Under the pieces are notes generated by a model, which was not told where the DNA came from, ran no database searches, and was given only the letters and a program-made list of their open reading frames with translations. Both the position numbers and the translations under genes were made by a program. Source: a candidate division WOR-3 bacterium (GTDB lineage Bacteria; Hydrothermota; Hydrothermia; JBDRYB01). Taken from it: a DNA stretch of 48,534 nt. This document shows, in pieces, positions 26,472 to 35,480 of this stretch. The first letter of the stretch is position 1. The number at the start of each line of letters is the position of its first letter. Location: assembly GCA_039803205.1 (NCBI GenBank), contig JBDRYB010000013.1:1-48534 (forward strand), read 5' to 3'.

Positions 26472-27227
26472 TTATTGTTTCGGTATTTCCTCCCCTGACT
26501 CTATCTTTCCGATATACTCTGATATGAGTGCGTCAAAGAACTCGTTGGCGTTTCTCATCTGTTCCTCGGTCATTCCCTCAGCCGCGTAGGTCAGGCCTCG
26601 GGCCTTTTTGAGATCAGCGAGCGCACCCGCGGTGTCTCCGGTAAAGTAGCGCATGGCCCCTGTTATGACGAGAAGCTCCTTGGCTGTCCCTTGGTTCTCA
26701 GGTTTCTTCAGCATCTCTTCAGCTAACGAGAGTGCCTTTAGCCTCTCGGCTCTCGCTTCCTCTGGCCTTCCGGCCGCATCGAGGTGATACGCTTTCACTC
26801 TGTAGAACTCGCACCAGAAGCGATCATCCCTGCCCAGAACCCGATATACGACCTCAGCCGCACATAGCCTATCTGGCATGGGGATCCCCCGGTAATCATC
26901 GCTTTTGGGCAGTTCTACATCCTTGAGAGCGACCCTCAGGCCCTCCTTCTTATCATCGGGAATGTTCTCAAAATCCCAAAAGAACGCCGTGAGCTTGCAC
27001 CGCTTGCACGACCAAAGGACAAGCCCGTCTGTCTTCGGCCAGAAGATGAGCTGATATTTGGACGGCCACTGGTATATGTAAGTGCCGTAGCTCATGATGG
27101 AATAAAAGGTGTTCTTTGCGCCGCAGAGGGGACAGGTTATCTCATCGGGGGCCCATGTTGTCGCGAAAGCGAATCCTGTGCTCGCGGCCAGGGCCGCCAG
27201 GGAAAGCAAAGCCAGTTTCATGTCCAT
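26472..27227 (-). CDS. DUF2225-like protein (CxxC...CxxC plus helical repeats) with signal peptide
   Basis: ITCPLCG, SCKRC, TPR-like C-terminus. Confidence 0.6.
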   Translation of the reverse strand: MDMKLALLSLAALAASTGFAFATTWAPDEITCPLCGAKNTFYSIMSYGTYIYQWPSKYQLIFWPKTDGLVLWSCKRCKLTAFFWDFENIPDDKKEGLRVALKDVELPKSDDYRGIPMPDRLCAAEVVYRVLGRDDRFWCEFYRVKAYHLDAAGRPEEARAERLKALSLAEEMLKKPENQGTAKELLVITGAMRYFTGDTAGALADLKKARGLTYAAEGMTEEQMRNANEFFDALISEYIGKIESGEEIPKQ

Positions 27228-27234
27228 CGCTGGA

Positions 27235-28131
27235 TTATCCCTCGCCGTGGGTCATCCTGTGGCGCCTTACCAGCTCCTCCCAGTTGCGGTTTATGAACCC
27301 CTTCACATACTCAAGCCTTTCTGGTTCGGCGAAGAGGGGCCTGAACCTCCCTTGGAGCTTGAAGTATTCCTCTGGCGGGACATCCTCATCCGGCCAGTAA
27401 TTTACGGTGTATTTCTCGCCATCCTCGACCTCGTAAAGCGGGAAAACTTTTGATCTGACAGCAAGGCGCATGGCTTTTATTGAGAGCTCTGATGGCATCT
27501 TCCATCCCGGGGGGCAAGCGGAGAATATGTGTATGAACCTTGTTCCCCTTATATCCCTTGCCTTTAAGAACTTCCTGAACATGTCCTCGGGAAAAGCGGG
27601 GGTCGCTGTCGCGGCGTAGGGGATCCTGTGCGCGGCCATTATCGCGACCATGTTCTTCTTCGGCCTGTCCTTTGGCCTTTCCTCTGGCGTGGTTGTAGTC
27701 CAAGCGCCGAACGGGGTTGATGAGGAGCGCTGGATGCCCGTGTTCATGTATGCCTCATTATCATACATCACATATATTATATCGTCGTTGCGCTCAGCGA
27801 CCCCTGAGAGCGCCTGTATCCCTATATCAGCTGTTCCGCCATCCCCGGCCCAAGCCATGACCCTCGTTTCCTTTCCCTGGAGCTCCTTCGCGGCCCGTAT
27901 GGAAGCCGCTACTATTGCCGCTGTCTCAAAAGCGGTGTGAAAGACCGGAACCCTGAGAAGGTGGGTTGGCCAAGCACCATCAATTATTGACCAGCAACAC
28001 GCTGGTATAACTATGACCGTGTCCGGACCAAGTGCCTTTAAGGCTATCCTCATGGACAGGGATGCCCCGCATCCTTGGCAAGCCAAGTTCCCAGGATGAA
28101 CCTGCTCCTCTATGGGTATCTGCCACTTCAT
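27235..28131 (-). CDS. porB: 2-oxoacid (pyruvate/ketoisovalerate) oxidoreductase beta subunit
   Basis: ACQGCG, GDGGTADIG (TPP motif), DNEAYMNTGIQRS, CPPGW. Confidence 0.92.
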   Translation of the reverse strand: MKWQIPIEEQVHPGNLACQGCGASLSMRIALKALGPDTVIVIPACCWSIIDGAWPTHLLRVPVFHTAFETAAIVAASIRAAKELQGKETRVMAWAGDGGTADIGIQALSGVAERNDDIIYVMYDNEAYMNTGIQRSSSTPFGAWTTTTPEERPKDRPKKNMVAIMAAHRIPYAATATPAFPEDMFRKFLKARDIRGTRFIHIFSACPPGWKMPSELSIKAMRLAVRSKVFPLYEVEDGEKYTVNYWPDEDVPPEEYFKLQGRFRPLFAEPERLEYVKGFINRNWEELVRRHRMTHGEG

Positions 28132-29357
28132 CTCTCGGCCTCCTTTGGTTGGGGCTGGAGGGGTTTTATCTCGTATCTCTCGTGGCCAGGGCCAATGGGG
28201 AAGCCCTTTAGCCCAACATAAAGGATGTCAGATGGCTCCTCGCGTTTCACCATGTCGTCATAAAGGGCGAGAATATCCTCAACCCGGACATCCCTTCCGC
28301 CTATTCCAACTATGTATCCGAAGATGTCCGGCCTCCGGGTCTCGTGATAGAGGGCGGATCTTATCTCCTCGGAGAACACCCCTGAGTGACCAGGGCTCAT
28401 GTTCCTGTCCAGGACCGCGACCTTCTTGCGGCCCGAAAGCGCTTCCCTCACCTCCTTGAACGGGAAGGGCCTGAAAGCGACCATCTTGAGAAGCCCGACC
28501 TTCTCGCCCCTGTCCCTGAGCAGTTTCACGGCGAGCCTTGCGTTGGATGTCATGGAACCCATTGAGACTATAATGTTTTCCGCGTCATCCATCATGAACC
28601 CCTCTGTGACCGAGTATTTCGGGCCTATGACCTCCCCGAACTCCTCGCCAGCCTCCCTCATGATCTCAAGGGCCCGTTCCATGTTCTTGTAGATCTTGTA
28701 TCTTATCTCGTAGTAATGTTCTCTGGAGACCAAGCCTCCCCATGCCCTCGGATCAGCGGGATCGAGCGAGTAAATGGGTTTGTATGGGGGAAGGTAGGCA
28801 TCAACCCTGTCCTGATCGTGAACAAGGAGGGGTTCAAAGGTATGCGAGAGGATGAAGGCGTCTATGGCGACCATTCCCGGCAGGTATACCTGCTCGCAGA
28901 CCTTGTATAGCCAGATTATGAAATCCTGGGATTCCTGAACGCTCTCAGCGAAAAGCATGAGCCATCCTGTATCCCTTTGAGAGAGGAAATCCGTGTGCTC
29001 TGACCATATTGACCAACCGGGCCCCATTGCTCTCGTGACATTTGAGAGAACCACAGGCGTCCTCGCGCCAGCGGCCCAGTGCAGCATCTCGTGCATCAAA
29101 GCGAGGCCTTGCGCGCTCGTGGCTGTGTAGGCCCTTGCCCCCGCAGCTGAAGCGCCTATGCAAGCCGCCATGGCTGAGTGTTCTGATTCAACATTGACGA
29201 ACTTGGCCTTGAGCCTTCCGGACGCCACTATCTCTGAGAGGAGCTCAACGATGGTAGTCTGAGGGGTTATTGGATACGCTGAGATAACCTGGACCCGAGA
29301 GAGCATCGCGCCGTAGCTCGCGGCGTGGTTTCCCGTTAAGAGCTTGTGTTCGGCCAT
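28128..29357 (-). CDS. porA: 2-oxoacid oxidoreductase alpha subunit
   Basis: AYPITPQT, VESEHSA, TATSAQGL, FRPFP. Confidence 0.93.
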   Translation of the reverse strand: MAEHKLLTGNHAASYGAMLSRVQVISAYPITPQTTIVELLSEIVASGRLKAKFVNVESEHSAMAACIGASAAGARAYTATSAQGLALMHEMLHWAAGARTPVVLSNVTRAMGPGWSIWSEHTDFLSQRDTGWLMLFAESVQESQDFIIWLYKVCEQVYLPGMVAIDAFILSHTFEPLLVHDQDRVDAYLPPYKPIYSLDPADPRAWGGLVSREHYYEIRYKIYKNMERALEIMREAGEEFGEVIGPKYSVTEGFMMDDAENIIVSMGSMTSNARLAVKLLRDRGEKVGLLKMVAFRPFPFKEVREALSGRKKVAVLDRNMSPGHSGVFSEEIRSALYHETRRPDIFGYIVGIGGRDVRVEDILALYDDMVKREEPSDILYVGLKGFPIGPGHERYEIKPLQPQPKEAER

Positions 29358-29358
29358 C

Positions 29359-31023
29359 TTAGAACTCCTTTTCCCTTATGAAGGATATGACATTTCCGGG
29401 GCACTCGGTTGGGCAAATCCCGCACCCCTTGCAGTATTCATAGTCAAACAAGGGGCCGGGGCCCCACTTTATCGCGCAGTCAGGACAGAAAACGAAGCAG
29501 GTGCCGCAGTGATTGCAATATCCGCAAGAGAAACACCTTGATATTTCGGTTTTCGCCTCATCCTCCGTTATGGTTGAAGATTCCTCGGAGAAACCGGCCC
29601 TTATCCGTTCCAGAGCTGAAAGGGTTGGGCTCTCGTTCCTCGGAATCTTTGGGAAATAGGCTGGGTTGGTGTTCTCGGGCTGGACAACCACATCTGGGCA
29701 ATCCCTTGCCCAATCAGGCATGGGGAGATCGCCGCCTATTGTTTTATTTATGGCCAAGGCGGCACGCCGCCCCCAGGCTATTGCCTCAACAACGGTTGCC
29801 GGGCCTGTGACGAGGTCTCCGCCAGCGAAAACCTTTGGATCGGGGGTGGAGCCGCATTTCTCAACGGAGAGCCAACCATCCTCTCCCTTCATGGTCCCCG
29901 GAAACGGGGACAGATCGGCCAGCTCCCCGACAGCCTTGAAGACCGAGTCAAAGACCTCCGTGTATGTCTCTCCTGTCCTCTCAGGGCGAGGGCGTCCGGA
30001 GGCATCTGGCTCACCCAACCTCATTTTTTCTACGGTAACCTCAAGCACATTGCCCTTTCTTTTGACGGCGATGGGAAGGGTGAGGGGCCGGAACTCAACC
30101 CCTTCCTCCACTGCCTTTTCATACTCCTCCCTTATGGCGGGCATCTCGGACTCCGTTCTCCTGTATAGTATGGTCACATCCGCGCCCAGCCTTCTCAGGA
30201 CCCTTGCCACATCCATGGCCGTGTTTCCGCCCCCAACAACAGCACAGCGTGCCCCTGGGTTCACATTCTCGCCCTTCAGGACCCTAACGAGGAAGGGAAG
30301 CCCTTCTGCGACGAGCTCCTCTCCCTCAACCCCCGTATCCCGCTCCTTCCAGGCCCCAGTGGCAACATAAACAGCGTCGTAATCCCTCTTCAGGTCATCA
30401 AGAGAGAGTTCTCGCCCCAGCTCCTTGAGCGCGATGAACTCAATCCCCATCTCAGAGAGCCTCTTTATCTCCTCATCAACTATCCTGTTTGGTAGCCGGT
30501 ATTCCGGGATCCCATACCTCAGGAGCCCGCCGGGTTTCTCTTCCCGGTCAAAGACAAAGACCCTGTGGCCCGACCTTCTCAGGTAATAGGCCGCTGAGAG
30601 CCCTGAGGGACCTGATCCGATTATAGCAACGCTTCTGCCGGTTTCCCCCTCCGGTTTCGGATGGGGAAGGCCTGCGGTTGCATCCCCGAGAAAACGCTCC
30701 ACTGATCTTATTGATACAGCGCTATCATGAGCCTTTCTGTTGCATTCCCTCTCGCAGAAGTGCGGGCATACCCTTCCAGTTATCCGAGGGAATGGGTTCC
30801 TGAGGGCAAATATCTCCCTCGCTTCCTCAAGCCTTCCCTCGGAAAGCGCGTGGAAATACCTCGGAATGAAAACCCCGGCAGGGCAGGCGCCCGTGCACGG
30901 CGAGAGCTTTTCCTCGAGTAGCGGCTTCATGTTTCGCCACTCGCCGGTCTTCACGGTTCCGAGGGTCGGAATGAGCGATACCGGTGTCTCCGGATAGTTG
31001 TCAACATGCGATAAATCAAGCAT
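29359..31023 (-). CDS. POR delta-like ferredoxin fused with a GltD/DsrL-like FAD/NAD(P)H oxidoreductase
   Basis: KTGEWR; PCTGACP, GRVCPHFCERECNR, GSGPSG, YGIPEYRL, GGGNTAMD, YRR; C-terminal CNHCGTCFVFCP and CKGCGICPTECP. Confidence 0.85.
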   Translation of the reverse strand: MLDLSHVDNYPETPVSLIPTLGTVKTGEWRNMKPLLEEKLSPCTGACPAGVFIPRYFHALSEGRLEEAREIFALRNPFPRITGRVCPHFCERECNRKAHDSAVSIRSVERFLGDATAGLPHPKPEGETGRSVAIIGSGPSGLSAAYYLRRSGHRVFVFDREEKPGGLLRYGIPEYRLPNRIVDEEIKRLSEMGIEFIALKELGRELSLDDLKRDYDAVYVATGAWKERDTGVEGEELVAEGLPFLVRVLKGENVNPGARCAVVGGGNTAMDVARVLRRLGADVTILYRRTESEMPAIREEYEKAVEEGVEFRPLTLPIAVKRKGNVLEVTVEKMRLGEPDASGRPRPERTGETYTEVFDSVFKAVGELADLSPFPGTMKGEDGWLSVEKCGSTPDPKVFAGGDLVTGPATVVEAIAWGRRAALAINKTIGGDLPMPDWARDCPDVVVQPENTNPAYFPKIPRNESPTLSALERIRAGFSEESSTITEDEAKTEISRCFSCGYCNHCGTCFVFCPDCAIKWGPGPLFDYEYCKGCGICPTECPGNVISFIREKEF

Positions 31024-31024
31024 C

Positions 31025-31585
31025 CTATCCTCCCATGTTTGCGCTCTCGTATGCCTCTCGGGCAGCGGCCTTGTTCTCCTCTGTTTTCGTTGGGGCTTCC
31101 TCTTCTATTGCCTCGAGGAGGGATTCCAGGCGAACGAGGCCGGTTGCCCTAGCGAAGGCGCCGAGAACCGTTGTGTTGACGACAGGCTGGGTTCTTGAAC
31201 CTATGCCGTGTCTGACCGCTATATCGGAGGCATTAACCGTTGCTACCTTGTATTCGTGAGGTATTCCAAGGGCAGAAGGGGCATCTGGGGTGTTGACGAC
31301 GACCCATCCGCCCTTTTTCAGACCAAAAAGCACATTCACGGATGAGAGAAGGGTGGGGTCAAGGATTATTAGGTGGTCTGGCTCAAGAATGTCCTGGCGC
31401 ACGAAGAACTCGTCTCCGGGCTCAGCTATCCTAGTGAAGGCGATAACCGGCGCGCCACGGCGCTCAACCCCATACTGGGGATAAGCCTGGACATAGTGTC
31501 CCTCAAGGAAGGCGGCCTCCGCCAGGACCTTTGAGGCAACGACAGCGCCTTGACCTCCCCTTCCGTGGATCCTTATTTCAATCAT
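31025..31585 (-). CDS. porG: 2-oxoacid oxidoreductase gamma subunit
   Basis: MIEIRIHGRGGQG, YGVERRGAPV, NTTVLGA. Start ATG 31585. Confidence 0.92.
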   Translation of the reverse strand: MIEIRIHGRGGQGAVVASKVLAEAAFLEGHYVQAYPQYGVERRGAPVIAFTRIAEPGDEFFVRQDILEPDHLIILDPTLLSSVNVLFGLKKGGWVVVNTPDAPSALGIPHEYKVATVNASDIAVRHGIGSRTQPVVNTTVLGAFARATGLVRLESLLEAIEEEAPTKTEENKAAAREAYESANMGG

Positions 31586-31689
31586 AGTGGTCCCCTTTTG
31601 CGTCTTGAGGGAGTTGGTGTTCCGGAAATATTTGAAATCATCCCTCAGATGGAGTATATAGGATAAACCGAGAGCTTGTCTCTGCGCAA

Positions 31690-32631
31690 CTACAAGCCCC
31701 GAAGGTATCTGAGGCCCTCGCTTATCGGCATGGGCTTCCATCCAAGCTCTCTGAGCCTATCGGAGCATAGGGCCCAATCCCCGAGCGCCATCCTTATTGA
31801 GCAGGGATTTAGGACAAGGTTAACCCCAAAGGCCTTCAAGAACATGGGCCCTGGACCAGCCAGAAGCCTCAAGGCCCCTGACCCAACGAAAATCGGCGGC
31901 CTCCTTCCGCAGAGACGAGCGAGGATAATGCCCAGCTCGCGCATTGAGATCACATCGGAGACGCACAGGTATTCCCCTGGTTCAGCCCTTTCAAGGCCTA
32001 TTGCTATGCCTTCAGCGGTATCAGCAACATGGACAAAGGGAAGGCGGTTGTCGGAGCCTATGAAGAATACAAGCCTTCCTTTGGCCACGAGCCTCAGAAG
32101 TGGGTCTATCTGCGCGCCGGGGCCATAGACCACCCCGGGCATGATGCAGACCGTCTCCGGAAAGCGCCTCTTTATCGCGACCAAGGTGAGGTATTTGCTC
32201 CTCTCGTAGTGGGAGATAAACCTCTGCGGTCTTCGTTCAAGCGAGGATTCGTCCCGAATCGGTTCCCCGGGCCTTCCGGTTCCGTAAGCGGCTATGCTCC
32301 CCACATATACCACCCGTTGGATTCCAACCTCCATGGCCGTCTCCAGTAATCTCACGGTTCCGCCGACATTCACCGAATATATCGCATCTGCCGGATATGA
32401 ACCGTAATCAACTATCGCCGCGCAGTGAACGAGGGCATCAGAGAAGGACAGAGGCTTTCTGAGACCATTAGCATCCATGAGATCGCCGCTAAATACCCTT
32501 GCGCCTTGGGGCAAGAGCGCGATCTTACGAGGGTTTCTAACGAGAGTCGTGACCTCGTGACCTAGCTCAATGAGCCTTTTTGCCACAGCCCTACCTATGA
32601 ATCCAGTGGCTCCGGTCAAAAACACTCGCAT
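31690..32631 (-). CDS. NAD-dependent epimerase/dehydratase (extended SDR)
   Basis: TGATGFIG, YERSK, VYGPG, VHVAD. Confidence 0.9.
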   Translation of the reverse strand: MRVFLTGATGFIGRAVAKRLIELGHEVTTLVRNPRKIALLPQGARVFSGDLMDANGLRKPLSFSDALVHCAAIVDYGSYPADAIYSVNVGGTVRLLETAMEVGIQRVVYVGSIAAYGTGRPGEPIRDESSLERRPQRFISHYERSKYLTLVAIKRRFPETVCIMPGVVYGPGAQIDPLLRLVAKGRLVFFIGSDNRLPFVHVADTAEGIAIGLERAEPGEYLCVSDVISMRELGIILARLCGRRPPIFVGSGALRLLAGPGPMFLKAFGVNLVLNPCSIRMALGDWALCSDRLRELGWKPMPISEGLRYLRGL

Positions 32632-32702
32632 AAAAGAGAAGATTTTAACGGAAGCCCTCAGATTTGATCCAACCAGCGCGGCTTCGTTATAATTTTCGGC
32701 CT

Positions 32703-32777
32703 GGCCCTATCGTCTAGTCCGGCTAAGGACACCTGGTTCTCAGCCAGGAGACCCGGGTTCAAATCCCGGTGGGGCTA
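32703..32777 (+). tRNA. tRNA-Glu (anticodon CTC), CCA not encoded
   Basis: Acceptor stem GGCCCTA/TGGGGCT, anticodon arm CCTGG-TTCTCAG-CCAGG, T-arm CCGGG-TTCAAAT-CCCGG; TATAAT at 32688. Confidence 0.95.
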
Positions 32778-34484
32778 GTATTTTCTCTCAGATGGGTTCA
32801 TTTTCGTTATCATGACATTTTGATAATCAATGATCAGCTTCCCCTCCGGATCAATCCTAACCAAGGAGTGCTTTAGAAACCTATCATCGTTCCTTCTTGG
32901 GAAGTCGCTCCTGAAGTGCGCTCCACGGGATTCTTCCCTCGTGAGGGCGGCCAGAATTGAGGCCTCAGCGATCAATGCGAGGTTCTCTGTCTCAAGAAGG
33001 TGAAGGAGCTGGGTGTTGAAAACCAACGAAGTGTCAACGAGCCTTGTTTCCCGGAGCCTTTCCCTTATGGATCTCACCGCTACTACCGCTGATTCAAGCC
33101 CTGCCCTGTCCCTGAAAACCCCCATGTGCCTGTCCATGAGTGAGGTGAGCTCCCGTCTCAGCTTGTATGGGTTCTCAGGTCCAGCCCCGAATCTGGATGA
33201 GAGCCTCTTCATCTCCTCATCAAGTTGATCCTGTGCCAATACGGGAAGCGTTTCGGTTTCCCTCGCGAAACGGGAAGCGGCCGAACCAGCCCTTGTTCCC
33301 CAGACCAGGCATTCTGTGGTTGAATTACAGCCGAGACGATTGGCTCCGTGAACGCCAGGGCAAGCGGTTTCGCCCGCCGCGAAAAGCCCAGGTAGGCCTG
33401 TGAACCCATGAGAATCAACCGGTATTCCGCCCATAAAGTAATGAGCGCCGGGCCGAACGGGAAGGGGATCCGAGACCGGATCCCTCCCGGCAAACCGCAT
33501 TCCGAGCTCCCGGACCAACCCAAGCCTCAGGTCTATCACTTCTTTTCCGAGGTGGCTTATCTCAAGGTGAACATATCCTTCGTCTATACCCCTTCCTTCG
33601 GCTATTTCGGTCGCTATAGCCCTGGAAACCACATCCCTCGGAGCCAGCTCCCACGCGCCCGGAGCATACCGCGCCATGAACCTCTCTCCCCATGAGTTCA
33701 AGAGGATACCTCCCTCCCCCCTGCACGCCTCTGAGATGAGCAGGCCTGAGGGGTAAAGGGTTGTGGGATGGAACTGGATGAACTCAGGGTCCTTCACCGG
33801 CAGGCCAATTCTCATGGCCATGGCTATCCCATCCCCGGTTGACGAGAACGAATTCGTTGTTATCCCGAACATCCTGCACGCGCCCCCCGTTGCGAGTATG
33901 ACGGCCTTTGCCCGCATGGCCCTGAGAACACCAGTTCTCATGTCAAGACAGAGAACCCCCGCCACCCTTCTGCCCTGGTTCAAGAGGCTCAGGCTGAAGT
34001 GGTCCGGATATTCCCAAAACGCGCCGGCGTATTCCTGTAGCTTAGCGTAGAGGGTTCCCATGAGCATTATGCCCGTGCTATCTGCGGTGTGGTAAGCCCT
34101 TCTGCGGCTGTGGCCCCCGTATGGCCTCGCGTCCATGAGGCCCGAGGCTGACCTCATCCACGGCATCCCCCAGTGTTCAAGCCGAAGTAGCTCAACGGGG
34201 CCCTCCTTCGTTAACACCTCAACCGCATCCTGGTCAGCGAGATAATCAGAGCCCTTAATGGTATCCTCAAAGTGCAGATCCGGAGAATCATCCGGTTCAA
34301 GGGCCGCGGCAGTCCCTCCCTCGGCGCAGCAGGAGGCCGCTTGCGGGAATTCCTGTTTGGCGACGAAGGCTACCCTGAGGGTCGGTTCTGTTCTCAGGGC
34401 CTCCAATCCTGCGCGTAACCCAGCGATGCCTGTGCCAACCACTATCAGGTCAAAACGATCCTCTTCAACAGGGAATTCGGACAA
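32775..34484 (-). CDS. SdhA/FrdA-family flavoprotein (covalent-FAD His absent)
   Basis: GTGIAG, AEGG, STGDG, FIQFHPT, SEACRGEGG, LAPRDVVSR, HYFMGG, HGANRLG, REESRGAHFRSD, ERKY. Confidence 0.88.
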   Translation of the reverse strand: MSEFPVEEDRFDLIVVGTGIAGLRAGLEALRTEPTLRVAFVAKQEFPQAASCCAEGGTAAALEPDDSPDLHFEDTIKGSDYLADQDAVEVLTKEGPVELLRLEHWGMPWMRSASGLMDARPYGGHSRRRAYHTADSTGIMLMGTLYAKLQEYAGAFWEYPDHFSLSLLNQGRRVAGVLCLDMRTGVLRAMRAKAVILATGGACRMFGITTNSFSSTGDGIAMAMRIGLPVKDPEFIQFHPTTLYPSGLLISEACRGEGGILLNSWGERFMARYAPGAWELAPRDVVSRAIATEIAEGRGIDEGYVHLEISHLGKEVIDLRLGLVRELGMRFAGRDPVSDPLPVRPGAHYFMGGIPVDSHGFTGLPGLFAAGETACPGVHGANRLGCNSTTECLVWGTRAGSAASRFARETETLPVLAQDQLDEEMKRLSSRFGAGPENPYKLRRELTSLMDRHMGVFRDRAGLESAVVAVRSIRERLRETRLVDTSLVFNTQLLHLLETENLALIAEASILAALTREESRGAHFRSDFPRRNDDRFLKHSLVRIDPEGKLIIDYQNVMITKMNPSERKY

Positions 34485-34658
34485 GGCCTAGAAGTATAAA
34501 TCTGATCAGGCTCATTTTTCATCGTCTACGAGGCCCACATTGCCCACTTCTCGGATTTTCGGATAGATAAAGGCGTAGACTGAGATGATCGTCCTGGTCC
34601 CTTCAAATAGCAGTTTGATCCCAAAGAGCTTTAGAATTTCACTCTAGAGGAGAGCCTC

Positions 34659-35480
34659 ATGAAAAAGCTTATGATAACCCTGGGAATTCTGAGCGTTGTT
34701 GCTTGTGGGAAGAAGGAAAAGCCCCAGCCTGAGCCGGAGGGTAAGGTTCTTAAGACTGTAGGCGAGATCAAGATCACAGAGGAAGACCTTTCCTCTCAGC
34801 TCCCTGATATTGAGGGATTCACGGCGAGCCAGGGGGACACAGCGGCCCTTCTGGAGGGCATGGAGAAGATAGCGGTTTTCTACCTGGCGGCAAAGGAGGA
34901 GGGGCTTGACAAGGACCCAAAGGTTGCGAGGAGGGCAAGGTGGGCCGAGAGGGCCATTATCGCTGATGAGTTTCTGAGAAGGCGCCTTGAGAAGGTTGAG
35001 GTCACGGATGCTGATATCTCTAATTATGTAAAGGAACACCAGGACGATTTTGGGAGGGAAATAAGCCTCGTTGAGGTTGCGTTCCAGGACCCAGCGATGG
35101 CTGACACCATAAAGAAATTGCTTTTGGATGGTTCATACGCGGCTCAAAAGATGCTTGAGTATTTCGCACAGCGCGGCATGCTCATGGTTAACCCTATTGG
35201 CTATGTGAACGCGGCCGCACTGCGGTTCAACATGCCCCAGGATGCCGCTGAGGCTGTCAGAAGGGCAAAAAGGGGAGACATTCTCGGACCTTATTCCACA
35301 GGAGGGCTTAGCGTTCTCGTTATGGTCATAGACATAAGAAAGGCCGCCCCAAACATGGCCAAGATAGAACCGGTTCTCAAGGAGGCGCTCCTAGCGGAGA
35401 GGCGTCAGGCAACGGTTGACTCCCTATACAAGACCCTCAGTGTTAAATACACCTCAGGGAAAACCCAGGAGGAGAGATGA
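34659..35480 (+). CDS. Lipoprotein, PpiC/SurA-like foldase partner
   Basis: Lipobox VVAC; AKEEGLDKDP; degenerate parvulin-like region; precedes surA. Confidence 0.7.
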   Translation: MKKLMITLGILSVVACGKKEKPQPEPEGKVLKTVGEIKITEEDLSSQLPDIEGFTASQGDTAALLEGMEKIAVFYLAAKEEGLDKDPKVARRARWAERAIIADEFLRRRLEKVEVTDADISNYVKEHQDDFGREISLVEVAFQDPAMADTIKKLLLDGSYAAQKMLEYFAQRGMLMVNPIGYVNAAALRFNMPQDAAEAVRRAKRGDILGPYSTGGLSVLVMVIDIRKAAPNMAKIEPVLKEALLAERRQATVDSLYKTLSVKYTSGKTQEER

